Shown in pieces: positions 48,579-56,742 of a stretch of DNA of 64,000 nt. A program made the position numbers and the translations under genes. The DNA lies in the NCBI GenBank assembly GCA_027053075.1, contig JALUEE010000047.1, positions 32,001 through 96,000 of the forward strand, given 5' to 3'. Each line of letters opens with the position of its first letter. Within the stretch, counting starts at the first letter, position 1. The notes beneath the pieces were generated by a model. That model did no database searches and was not told the DNA's origin. It saw only the letters and a program-made list of their open reading frames with translations. The stretch comes from a candidate division WOR-3 bacterium. Its GTDB lineage: Bacteria > Hydrothermota > Hydrothermia > B15-G9 > WFZT01.

Positions 48579-49483
48579 AAAAATTCTTGCTTATAGGCAT
48601 AATCATATTGCTTGCGGGATGCGGTAAAAAGTATCCAATACCACCGGAGCCAACGACTGGTGGGCTTCCGCCTCTTGGAAGTTATGTGCAGGATGTTAAC
48701 TGGCCGGGAAGCAGTATAAATTTCCATGATATAAAGGATGTAATCGTAGGAAAAGACGGATTTATCTATGTCTTAGATGGAGAGACTGCTTACAGACTCT
48801 TAATCACGGGAGAGGTGGTTGGTCAGATAAATATTCCTCCCCGAATGGAGGCAATGGCGCAGGATGACCAGCGTAATTTATATTTCGCGGGGATGGATTC
48901 AAGTGTCTACAGATATTCGAGAAGCGGGGTGTGGGATACAATAAGAGTGCCAGATTCACTTGCGAATATTACCGGCATAACTGTTGGTGAGCAAATAGTT
49001 GTTTCGGACACTTTAAAAGACCTCGTTATCGCATTTTTGCCTGATTCTGCAATTGATACAGTGGCGGTGTTTGGAAGCGGAGCTCTGTTTGTGGATAATC
49101 CACTCGATCTATGGCTTGACCCTATGGATAGGGTTCTTACTGTCTCTTACAACCACAACTGGGTTGAGGCCTTCCCTCTGGATAGCTTGCAGCCATTTTT
49201 ACACCTTGGAGGAGACAATCCAGAAGGGGATACCACAGAGGGGACATTCCGGATGCCTGTTGATGTTGTATCCGATGATTCGTCCTACATTTACGTGGCA
49301 GATAGTTTCAGGGTCCAGAAGTTTGATTTTGCGGGAAATTTTGTAACTGATGTTAGATTTGAAGATTTGAGACCCATCTCTGTGGCTGTTACAGATGATG
49401 GTAAATATCTAATTGTGGCATTCAGGGACCAGCTATACAAATTCGAGCGCTTCGACGGCCTTCAGCAGGGTGGAGGAAGCTAA
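48575..49483 (+). CDS. NHL-repeat beta-propeller lipoprotein
   Basis: Lipobox LAGC; FRMPVDV...IYVADS.RVQKFD. Confidence 0.75.
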   Translation: MKKFLLIGIIILLAGCGKKYPIPPEPTTGGLPPLGSYVQDVNWPGSSINFHDIKDVIVGKDGFIYVLDGETAYRLLITGEVVGQINIPPRMEAMAQDDQRNLYFAGMDSSVYRYSRSGVWDTIRVPDSLANITGITVGEQIVVSDTLKDLVIAFLPDSAIDTVAVFGSGALFVDNPLDLWLDPMDRVLTVSYNHNWVEAFPLDSLQPFLHLGGDNPEGDTTEGTFRMPVDVVSDDSSYIYVADSFRVQKFDFAGNFVTDVRFEDLRPISVAVTDDGKYLIVAFRDQLYKFERFDGLQQGGGS

Positions 49484-49645
49484 AGACAATAAACCCAAAT
49501 TGGGCTCCACAAAATCAAAACTATCACACAATGTGTCAAGATTAAACAATAGCACTGCCCGGTACTTACAAATCAAGACACCTTCAAGCTTGTTTAAAAA
49601 ATCTTAAATTTTAGTAAACTCCAATGGCCCTTTTTAATCTCACTT

Positions 49646-49769
49646 GAGCCTGTTCGAAAAATTACAAAACCTTTGAATTTTAATGAAAAATTTGCCCCCC
49701 ACCTTATTCCTCCCCCCACGCACTTTGTGCGTGGGGGGAGGATAGGAGGGGGAATTTTCGAACGAGCTC
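49646..49769. mobile_element. 124-bp MITE with terminal inverted repeats and 9-bp TSD
   Basis: GAGCCTGTTCGAAAA / TTTTCGAACGAGCTC; flanks ATCTCACTT / ACCTCACTT; near-identical inverted copies at 52085-52188 and 60500-60612. Confidence 0.8.
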
Positions 49770-50020
49770 ACCTCACTTATAACCGAAGGTCAGTTGGTAA
49801 CTTCCATTCCTTCCTCAGGGGAAGGTGGGGATCTCAATACCTGTTATATCCTAATTTTTAACGAATCCATCAATTTTCTTCTCACTCTATTAACCTCTGC
49901 GAAAGGATAACCAGGGTGTGATATTTTCAGATAGGCTTTTACCCCCTTGACAATTTTCGAGATATAAACGAATATTTGAATAGACAAATATATCATGAAC
50001 CTTAAAAAGGAGGTGTAATT

Positions 50021-50344
50021 ATGTGGCAAGATTGGGTCAATGTCATACTTGGTATCTGGCTTATTATTGCAGGGTTTATACCCTCAATCACAGCCAGTAA
50101 GGGCGCATCTCTCTGGAACGACCTGATTGTGGGAATCATCGTCCTGATCCTTGCGGCGTGGGTTGCGAAATCCAGATGGCCTGAGTGGATCAATGTAATC
50201 CTTGGTATCTGGTTAATTATTGCGGCCTTCATCCCTTCCATAGTGGCAAGCAAATCCGGGAACATGTGGAATGACATCATTGTCGGTATTCTGATCGTGA
50301 TCTTCGGAATCTGGGCAGCACTGATGAAACCGTCGCAGGCGTAA
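50021..50344 (+). CDS. SPW-repeat-like small membrane protein
   Basis: Two copies of W.NVILGIWLIIA.FIPSI...WND.IVGI; AGGAGG RBS. Confidence 0.8.
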   Translation: MWQDWVNVILGIWLIIAGFIPSITASKGASLWNDLIVGIIVLILAAWVAKSRWPEWINVILGIWLIIAAFIPSIVASKSGNMWNDIIVGILIVIFGIWAALMKPSQA

Positions 50345-50354
50345 TAGAAAACCG

Positions 50355-50381
50355 GTGGGGGCGAGCGAAGCTCGCCCCCAC
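50355..50381 (+). terminator. Hairpin after SPW gene
   Basis: GTGGGGGCGAGC-GAA-GCTCGCCCCCAC. Confidence 0.5.
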
Positions 50382-50396
50382 TCAAAAATCTCAAAA

Positions 50397-50696
50397 ATGA
50401 AAGGAATAACATACACCGAAGATCAAAAAACAATTGAGCTTTACACCAAAGCCCTCGGGCAAATAACAAGATTAAAGATTCTCAAATTTATAGCAAGGGA
50501 GTACAAATCAGTTAATGAAATTTCAAAGGAACTTGGACTTTCCCATTCTGTTTGTTCTGCCCACCTTGGTGTCCTCTGGAGGGCGGGGTTGGTTAAGAAA
50601 AGAAGAGTAAAGAATTTTTCCTACTACAAATTCAATCCTGAAAAGCTACAAGAGATTCAGGAGGCTATCCGAGAATTTATAATGGGGGAAGGTTAA
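50397..50696 (+). CDS. ArsR/SmtB-family transcriptional regulator
   Basis: KALGQITRLKIL, SVNEI, SAHLGVL..AGLV. Confidence 0.82.
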   Translation: MKGITYTEDQKTIELYTKALGQITRLKILKFIAREYKSVNEISKELGLSHSVCSAHLGVLWRAGLVKKRRVKNFSYYKFNPEKLQEIQEAIREFIMGEG

Positions 50697-50769
50697 CCCT
50701 CAGCTAATTCCTAATATATTTTCTTTGTAACTTGACAAAAATGGGGGATTGTGGTTTTATGATTTTAAA

Positions 50770-50798
50770 TGGGGGCGAGGCCTTCGGCCTCGCCCCCA
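50770..50798. terminator. Hairpin between convergent arsR-like gene and slyD
   Basis: TGGGGGCGAGGCC-TTC-GGCCTCGCCCCCA. Confidence 0.65.
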
Positions 50799-50808
50799 AA
50801 TTTATTCT

Positions 50809-51279
50809 TTACTGATGAACGTGTCCGTGCTCGATCTCTTCTGGTGTAGCGTCTCTTACATCCACAACCTTAACATGAAAATGCAGGGTCTCACCTGCAA
50901 GCGGATGATTGAAATCAACAACTACAGATTCGTCTTTGATCTCTTTGATATAGAATGGGACACTGTGACCCTCTCCAAAATCCGCATAGAATTTCATCCC
51001 GACTTCAATGGGATTATCTCCAAAAGCAGATTTTGGAATCTCCTGAATGGCATTCTCGTCAATTTTACCGTAAGCATCTTCAGGAGGTATTGTTATATCC
51101 TTCTCTTCGCCAACTTCCATGCCTTCCATGCCCTTTTCAAGGCCTGGAATGAGCTGTCCAGCTCCGTGGAGATAAACAATAGGGTCACCCGTATTGTCAT
51201 CTACCACCTCTCCTGAGTCGAGCTTGAGCGTGTACTCAAGGCTCACTACCTTATTTTTTTCGACTTTCTTGTCTGACAT
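50809..51279 (-). CDS. slyD: FKBP-type peptidyl-prolyl isomerase SlyD (short tail)
   Basis: LIPGLE, PEDAYG, VDFNHPLAGETL, EEIEHGHVH. Confidence 0.92.
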   Translation of the reverse strand: MSDKKVEKNKVVSLEYTLKLDSGEVVDDNTGDPIVYLHGAGQLIPGLEKGMEGMEVGEEKDITIPPEDAYGKIDENAIQEIPKSAFGDNPIEVGMKFYADFGEGHSVPFYIKEIKDESVVVDFNHPLAGETLHFHVKVVDVRDATPEEIEHGHVHQ

Positions 51280-51350
51280 TACAAACTCCTCCTTAAATAA
51301 AAGTTACCCCCTGACTATAATCCCACCTCTGTTAAAAGTCAAATCACAGA

Positions 51351-51472
51351 GAGCTTGTTCGAAAAAATTAAAAAGTTATTAGATTTATAAAATGAATTTC
51401 CCCACCTTTCTCCTTTCCCCACGCACGAAATGCGTGGGGGAAGTTGGGAAGGGGGAATTTCCAAACACTCTC
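51351..51472. mobile_element. 122-bp MITE with 9-bp TSD
   Basis: GAGCTTGTTCGAAA / TTTCCAAACACTCTC ends; flanks AATCACAGA / TATCACAGA; central CCCCACGCA..TGCGTGGGG hairpin. Confidence 0.65.
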
Positions 51473-52084
51473 TATCACAGAGCATCCTGCACAAAAATTA
51501 GGTCTTCATATAATCTTGATTTGTGGGGCGAGAAATATAAATTTTCCCGGCTACCAAAACACTACCTGGGATACAGAGAAATGACATTTCGATTGAAAAA
51601 TTTAAAATAAAAGCCTCCGCCGGATTTTACCTGCAAATTGGGAGAAAGGGACCTATGAATTTTTGATGAAAATTTAAATGAAGCCCCTCTCCTGTATCCT
51701 CTCCCCGCAAACAAATTTATGCGGGGAGAGGATCATTTTGCGTTTGAAAATATTCGAACAGGTTAAGGCCAAACTAACACAGAGAGAAGAACACATCCCT
51801 CTTGGAAATCAAAAATCTAAATTTCCTACCAAGTCCAAGTATCTTTAATTCCCCCCTCCTATCCCTGACGTCACCCACGAATTTCTGGATAATAACACCT
51901 TATCCCTTGCCACGTCTTCAAAAAGGTGTACTACGCTCAATATTTGAACACTCTCTTTATACGGTATAAACGAATATATCCTTTCGGTAAAATTGCTGAT
52001 TTAGTGCGAAAAATCGAATTTCTCGCCCAGATTGCATTGTATAAATATACATGGCAAGCAAAAACATGGGTGATGTCAGGTCAG

Positions 52085-52188
52085 CCTCCTATCCTCCCCC
52101 CACGCACTTCGTGCGTGGGGGGAGGAATAAGGTGGGGGGCAAATTTTTCATTGAAAATCAAAGGTTTTGAAATTTTTCGAACAGGCTC
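52085..52188. repeat. MITE family copy (inverted relative to 49646)
   Basis: Near-identical reverse complement of 49646-49749. Confidence 0.8.
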
Positions 52189-52233
52189 GTATCTTTATGG
52201 TCTTTTGCGTCGGATGGAATTAAAATTTTGGGT

Positions 52234-52710
52234 ATGAAAAGAGAATATCCGGAAATGCCCATCGTATCTGTTGGAGGTCTCGTTGTAATGGGTAACATGT
52301 TTCTTCTCACAAAAAGAGCGAAAGAACCGCTGAAAGATGTTTGGACTTTACCGGGTGGTGCCGTAGAGTTGGGTGAGAGACTTCCGGACGCTATAGTTCG
52401 TGAAATTAAAGAAGAGTGCCAGATTCAGGCACGGCCAATTGGAATTATTGAAGTGTTTGAGCAAATTTTTAGAGACGATAAAGGGAGAGTCAAATTTCAC
52501 TATGTAATTGTGGATTTCCTCCTCGAATACGAAAGTGGAATAGCAAAGGCCTCATCGGACACCGCCGAGCTAAAATGGCTCACATTGGAAGAGCTTGGAA
52601 AATATAATCCTCCGGCAAGGGCAGTCAGTGTAATAAAGCGTGGTCTTGAGGTTTATAAAAAGCTCAGGGCTCAACCTGAGGCAATTTTACCGTTAATAAA
52701 AACCGACTGA
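52234..52710 (+). CDS. NUDIX hydrolase
   Basis: Nudix box GGAVELGE...AIVREIKEE. Confidence 0.92.
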   Translation: MKREYPEMPIVSVGGLVVMGNMFLLTKRAKEPLKDVWTLPGGAVELGERLPDAIVREIKEECQIQARPIGIIEVFEQIFRDDKGRVKFHYVIVDFLLEYESGIAKASSDTAELKWLTLEELGKYNPPARAVSVIKRGLEVYKKLRAQPEAILPLIKTD

Positions 52711-54107
52711 ATTTTGAATTCTGGTGAGGCCCTATCAAGGACCACAAAGTCCGCAACATAGCCGTCTTTCAGCGCCCCCTTAAGGTCCTCCTCAAAGGAA
52801 AAATAAGCACCGGCAGTTGTATAAAGACGCAGAGCCTCTTCAAAACTGATAGGATCAATGGGATGATAGAGAGCCCCTCTAATCCCGTACTGAGGTGACG
52901 GTGGCATGGCATCAGAGCCGAAGGCAACTTTTATGCCAAGTGACAACATTTTTTTAAATGGATTATTGAGCTTCCAGAGTCTATCGCCGAGATACTCACG
53001 GTACATTCCATCCTCCCCTCCCCATCTTTCCACAAAATTAGGCTGGGATGATATCAAAATCCCCATGCTCTTTGCAAGTTTCAGGTCCACCTCTTCTGGA
53101 AACTCAAAATGCTCAATCCTGTGCCTTAAATAGTTCCCGCCTTCGAGGGCATTTTTAAAGGCTTCAAGAGATGTTCTTATTGCCCGGGTACCGATAGCAT
53201 GAATAAGGAGCTGAATGCCATTTTCCTGAGCTCTTTTAATAAGATTCTCAAGTTCTTCTCGTGTCTTCAAAAGTTTTCCACTGTGTTTCTCCCCTACGTA
53301 ATTTTCGAAAAAGGCAGCAGTTTTCCCGCCAACCGAGCCATCTGTAAAAATTTTAACTCCACCTATTCGCAAGACCGTGTTGCCAAACCCACTTCGTATA
53401 CCAAGCTTTATCAGGTTTTCAAGGTCATTTTCATAAAAGTTAAAATAGACACGAATCTTTAGGAGTCCTGCATCGTTGAGCTCTTCATAGGCGCGAAATG
53501 CCGTTACATTGCCAAACTCGTGAACTGAAGTAATCCCCAGGTCTATCATCTCCTCCTGGGCTGTGAGAATTGCAAGTTTAATTTCCTCAAATTCTGGTGG
53601 AAAGTATTCGTTGATTTTCAGAGGAACTTCCTCAAGGAGCAGACCGGATTTTGAATCAACGCCCGGAGTTTTTCGGGGCAAAAGCTTTAGTGCGGCTGAG
53701 TTGGCAATCGCAATGTGGCCACATACTCGCCTCAAAATCACAGGGGTGTCACCGGTAACGTTATCCATATCTTTTTTTGTTATAAATCTTTTCTCATCCC
53801 ATGTGCTCTGGTCAAATTCTTCGAAAATAATTGGGGGCCTGTAGTTGCCACTTTTTACAACGGCTTCAATAAATTCAAGAGCGTCTTTAATGCTCTTCGT
53901 TTCCTTCAAGTTTGGCCTCGATATAAAAAGCCCATACTGCCATAGATGTGTGTGTGCATCAATAAATCCCGGGATCACCACGTCGAATACTTTCGCATCA
54001 CCAGGCAGGGTTTCACTTCTCTCCAGCAATCCGTGATTAATTGTGAAACCTACGTCATCAACAAATTTGCCGTCTATGAATGCCTTTTTTGCAATAAAAG
54101 CTTTCAT
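52671..54107 (-). CDS. Amidohydrolase family 3 (YtcJ-like)
   Basis: PGFIDAHTH, KIFTDGS, HAIG, RHRIEH, FGSDA. Confidence 0.9.
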   Translation of the reverse strand: MKAFIAKKAFIDGKFVDDVGFTINHGLLERSETLPGDAKVFDVVIPGFIDAHTHLWQYGLFISRPNLKETKSIKDALEFIEAVVKSGNYRPPIIFEEFDQSTWDEKRFITKKDMDNVTGDTPVILRRVCGHIAIANSAALKLLPRKTPGVDSKSGLLLEEVPLKINEYFPPEFEEIKLAILTAQEEMIDLGITSVHEFGNVTAFRAYEELNDAGLLKIRVYFNFYENDLENLIKLGIRSGFGNTVLRIGGVKIFTDGSVGGKTAAFFENYVGEKHSGKLLKTREELENLIKRAQENGIQLLIHAIGTRAIRTSLEAFKNALEGGNYLRHRIEHFEFPEEVDLKLAKSMGILISSQPNFVERWGGEDGMYREYLGDRLWKLNNPFKKMLSLGIKVAFGSDAMPPSPQYGIRGALYHPIDPISFEEALRLYTTAGAYFSFEEDLKGALKDGYVADFVVLDRASPEFKIQSVFINGKIASG

Positions 54108-54901
54108 CCTGAAAGGTAGTTTATGGGGTTAACTGGCTTTCCATTTTTCCAGATTTCATAGTGCAAATGGGGACCCGTGGAGAGGCCAGTATTTCCAACA
54201 AGTCCGATAAGATCACCTTTTTTCACGATGTCACCGGGTTTGACAAGCACCTTAGAAAGGTGGCCATAAACGGTTTTATAAATGTCTCCATGTGAAATAA
54301 CGACCATGTTGCCAAATCTTTTGCTGTAGGTGACTTTTACAACGATTCCATTTGCAGGCGAGATTATGGGAGTTCCGGTCTGGGCAGCTATGTCAACTCC
54401 TCTGTGAGAGGCCGTGAAGCCCCTCGTAATGTAGCCTTTTACAGGCATTCCATAAGGGGTGTAAACATTTGCCTTCTCAGCCTTAATAATTTCCTGCTCG
54501 ACAGGATTTGTAGCCTTAACATCCACTGTATTGGCTTTTTGCGCCTTCTTTGAAGGTTTTGAGTTAATCTTTGCGGCCAGCTTTTCGATGTCAAAGGGCG
54601 GTGGCGCGTTTTGCACACCGAGCATGTTTTCCACCTTCTTCCGAAATTGTGACAATTCCTCCAGTTTTTTCTCGAGAACCACTACCTTTTCATTCTCTTC
54701 CCTGAGCCTTTTGTTTTCATTAATTAAGGCGTGCAATCTCCGTTCGGTTTTGACATATCTGTAGTGAGTGTAAAAAGCGGCACCAACAATGATGAGAATC
54801 ACTATTCCGGTGACAATAAAAAGTTTCATCAACCATGAGGGAATAAAACGGTTGATGACCTTATTTTTGGACACAATTATTATTTCGTAACCCTTTTTCA
54901 T
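54104..54901 (-). CDS. M23 family peptidase
   Basis: HRGVD, YGHL, STGPHLHYE. Confidence 0.92.
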   Translation of the reverse strand: MKKGYEIIIVSKNKVINRFIPSWLMKLFIVTGIVILIIVGAAFYTHYRYVKTERRLHALINENKRLREENEKVVVLEKKLEELSQFRKKVENMLGVQNAPPPFDIEKLAAKINSKPSKKAQKANTVDVKATNPVEQEIIKAEKANVYTPYGMPVKGYITRGFTASHRGVDIAAQTGTPIISPANGIVVKVTYSKRFGNMVVISHGDIYKTVYGHLSKVLVKPGDIVKKGDLIGLVGNTGLSTGPHLHYEIWKNGKPVNPINYLSG

Positions 54902-54933
54902 TGCTTAAATGGTAATTTGGGCAGAGGGAACGT

Positions 54934-55869
54934 TCAAAGAATTTTCTTACGGTAGCCCCTTAGAAATTCCTCCGCCTTCATAATTCTTTTCCCCTGAGGC
55001 TGTATCTCGAGTATTTCAACCATAAAATCGAGGGCCTCTACAAGCAGTCTACCCCCTGAGACGTGCATTTTGCCTGGCTCTCCCCCCTGCTCTTCTGCCA
55101 CTTTTGCCCTGATGAGCTTCGCCATCAGAGGACCAAATTGATCCTTCGCACCGGGCCTGGTGGAGAGTGCATTTATCTTACACTTTACTTTTTCTGCTTT
55201 ATCATCCCAGCTGATCCAGAGCTCTTCGCGCATAATCTTTTTCGCATAGCTTGGCTCGCCGGACTGGGGCACCGGTTTCAGCTCTCCACTCAATATCCGC
55301 GGTATACTTGAGAGAGTAAGATGAGCACCAACCCTGGCAAGTCTCTCCATAAGTTCCGTCTTAATCTCCGTATCTCCGATCTCGACTTTTTCCTGGGAGA
55401 TGATGGGACCGGTATCAAGTCCCTCGTCCATTACCATCAAGCTTACTCCTGTTTCTTTCTGGCAATCCATCATGGCGCGCTCGATGGGTGCGGCACCGCG
55501 GTACCTGGGCAAAAGCGATGGATGGATGTTTAGCGGATATATATCAGGTAATTCAAGCAGTTTTTTTCTTAAAATTTTTCCATAATCTGCGAGAATTATA
55601 AAATGAGGCATATATCTTCTGAGAGTGTCAATAAAAGCTTCGTCGTTGGGATTCTCTGGCTGGAAAACATCAATACCCGCATCTCTGGCAATGATTTTAA
55701 CTTCCGGGTCCTTTAATTTTCTTCCCCTACCCTTGGGTCGTGGTGGGAGCGTGACCACGGCCTTAAAAGGCAAGCCGTGTGACAGAAGCTCCTTGAAAAC
55801 GAGGGTTGCAAAGTCACCGGAGCCGAAAAAGATGAAGTTTAGCCCATGGAATGGCGCTGTTGACTCCAT
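54934..55869 (-). CDS. fmt: Methionyl-tRNA formyltransferase
   Basis: NIHPSLLPRYRGAAPI, LDTGP; next to def. Confidence 0.95.
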   Translation of the reverse strand: MESTAPFHGLNFIFFGSGDFATLVFKELLSHGLPFKAVVTLPPRPKGRGRKLKDPEVKIIARDAGIDVFQPENPNDEAFIDTLRRYMPHFIILADYGKILRKKLLELPDIYPLNIHPSLLPRYRGAAPIERAMMDCQKETGVSLMVMDEGLDTGPIISQEKVEIGDTEIKTELMERLARVGAHLTLSSIPRILSGELKPVPQSGEPSYAKKIMREELWISWDDKAEKVKCKINALSTRPGAKDQFGPLMAKLIRAKVAEEQGGEPGKMHVSGGRLLVEALDFMVEILEIQPQGKRIMKAEEFLRGYRKKIL

Positions 55870-56369
55870 TCTCTTAGAAGTTCTACCCGTTCCTCTGGCG
55901 GGAGATGATCAATGAAGAGTACACCATCAAGGTGGTCAAGCTCATGTTGAATAACTCTCGCAAAGAGCTCATCTGCCTCAAATTCCCTTTCTACAAGCTT
56001 TTTTCGCCTCAGGATCAGGGTCTTCACAACAATTTTCCTGGGTCTCGTCACATTGGCATACAATCCAGGAATTGAAAGGCACCCTTCTTCAAATTCACTC
56101 TCTCCATAGGTTTCGACAATCTGCGGGTTTATAAAAACCATGGGCTTTTTGGCAATTTCGAGGTATTCGGCATCCACCACAAATAAACGGATGGATTTTC
56201 CGACCTGAGGAGCGGCAAGGCCAATACCATTGGCCATCTTCATGGTAACTTCCATCTTCCTGGCCAGATTGATAATTTCATCATTGAGGTCTTCGATGGG
56301 CCTGGCCTTTTCCCGAAGGACCTTATCTCCCAGGATTCTAATGGGTAAAACGTCTTTCTTCTCACTCAT
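55839..56369 (-). CDS. def: Peptide deformylase
   Basis: GIGLAAPQ, EGCLS, QHELDHLDG. Confidence 0.97.
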   Translation of the reverse strand: MSEKKDVLPIRILGDKVLREKARPIEDLNDEIINLARKMEVTMKMANGIGLAAPQVGKSIRLFVVDAEYLEIAKKPMVFINPQIVETYGESEFEEGCLSIPGLYANVTRPRKIVVKTLILRRKKLVEREFEADELFARVIQHELDHLDGVLFIDHLPPEERVELLREWSQQRHSMG

Positions 56370-56728
56370 TTCTTCTCATCAGCCTTCTTCTTTTCTTCGG
56401 TTTCAGGATTTAAAACACCTCTGATGGCTGACTTATCCACCTTTATCACAGTGTTTTGTGCTACTTTAAGGCTAACTACGTTGTTATCAATTTTTTGCAC
56501 TGTTCCGATTATTCCGCCGCTGGTAATCACGCGATCGCCCTTTTTAAGGGCATTTAGCATAGCCTTCCTCTTTTTCTCCGCCCTCGACTGTGGATAAATG
56601 AGAAGAAGGTAAAAGATCACAAAAATGAAGATGAGTGGCAGAAGGGCCTTCATCAGGTCACCGCCACTCTGTTGTTGCTGCGCCATTAATGGAGCTGCCA
56701 TTATAAAAATTAGACTTAGTTTTTTCAT
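56366..56728 (-). CDS. yajC: Preprotein translocase subunit YajC
   Basis: FYLLLIYPQ, LKKGDRVITSGGIIG. Confidence 0.93.
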   Translation of the reverse strand: MKKLSLIFIMAAPLMAQQQQSGGDLMKALLPLIFIFVIFYLLLIYPQSRAEKKRKAMLNALKKGDRVITSGGIIGTVQKIDNNVVSLKVAQNTVIKVDKSAIRGVLNPETEEKKKADEKK

Positions 56729-56742
56729 ATCTCCTCTCCTTT

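Noticed and set aside
50002..51216. Antisense ORFs over the SPW gene and slyD (and similar shadows elsewhere)
   Set aside because: Opposite-strand shadows of well-supported genes
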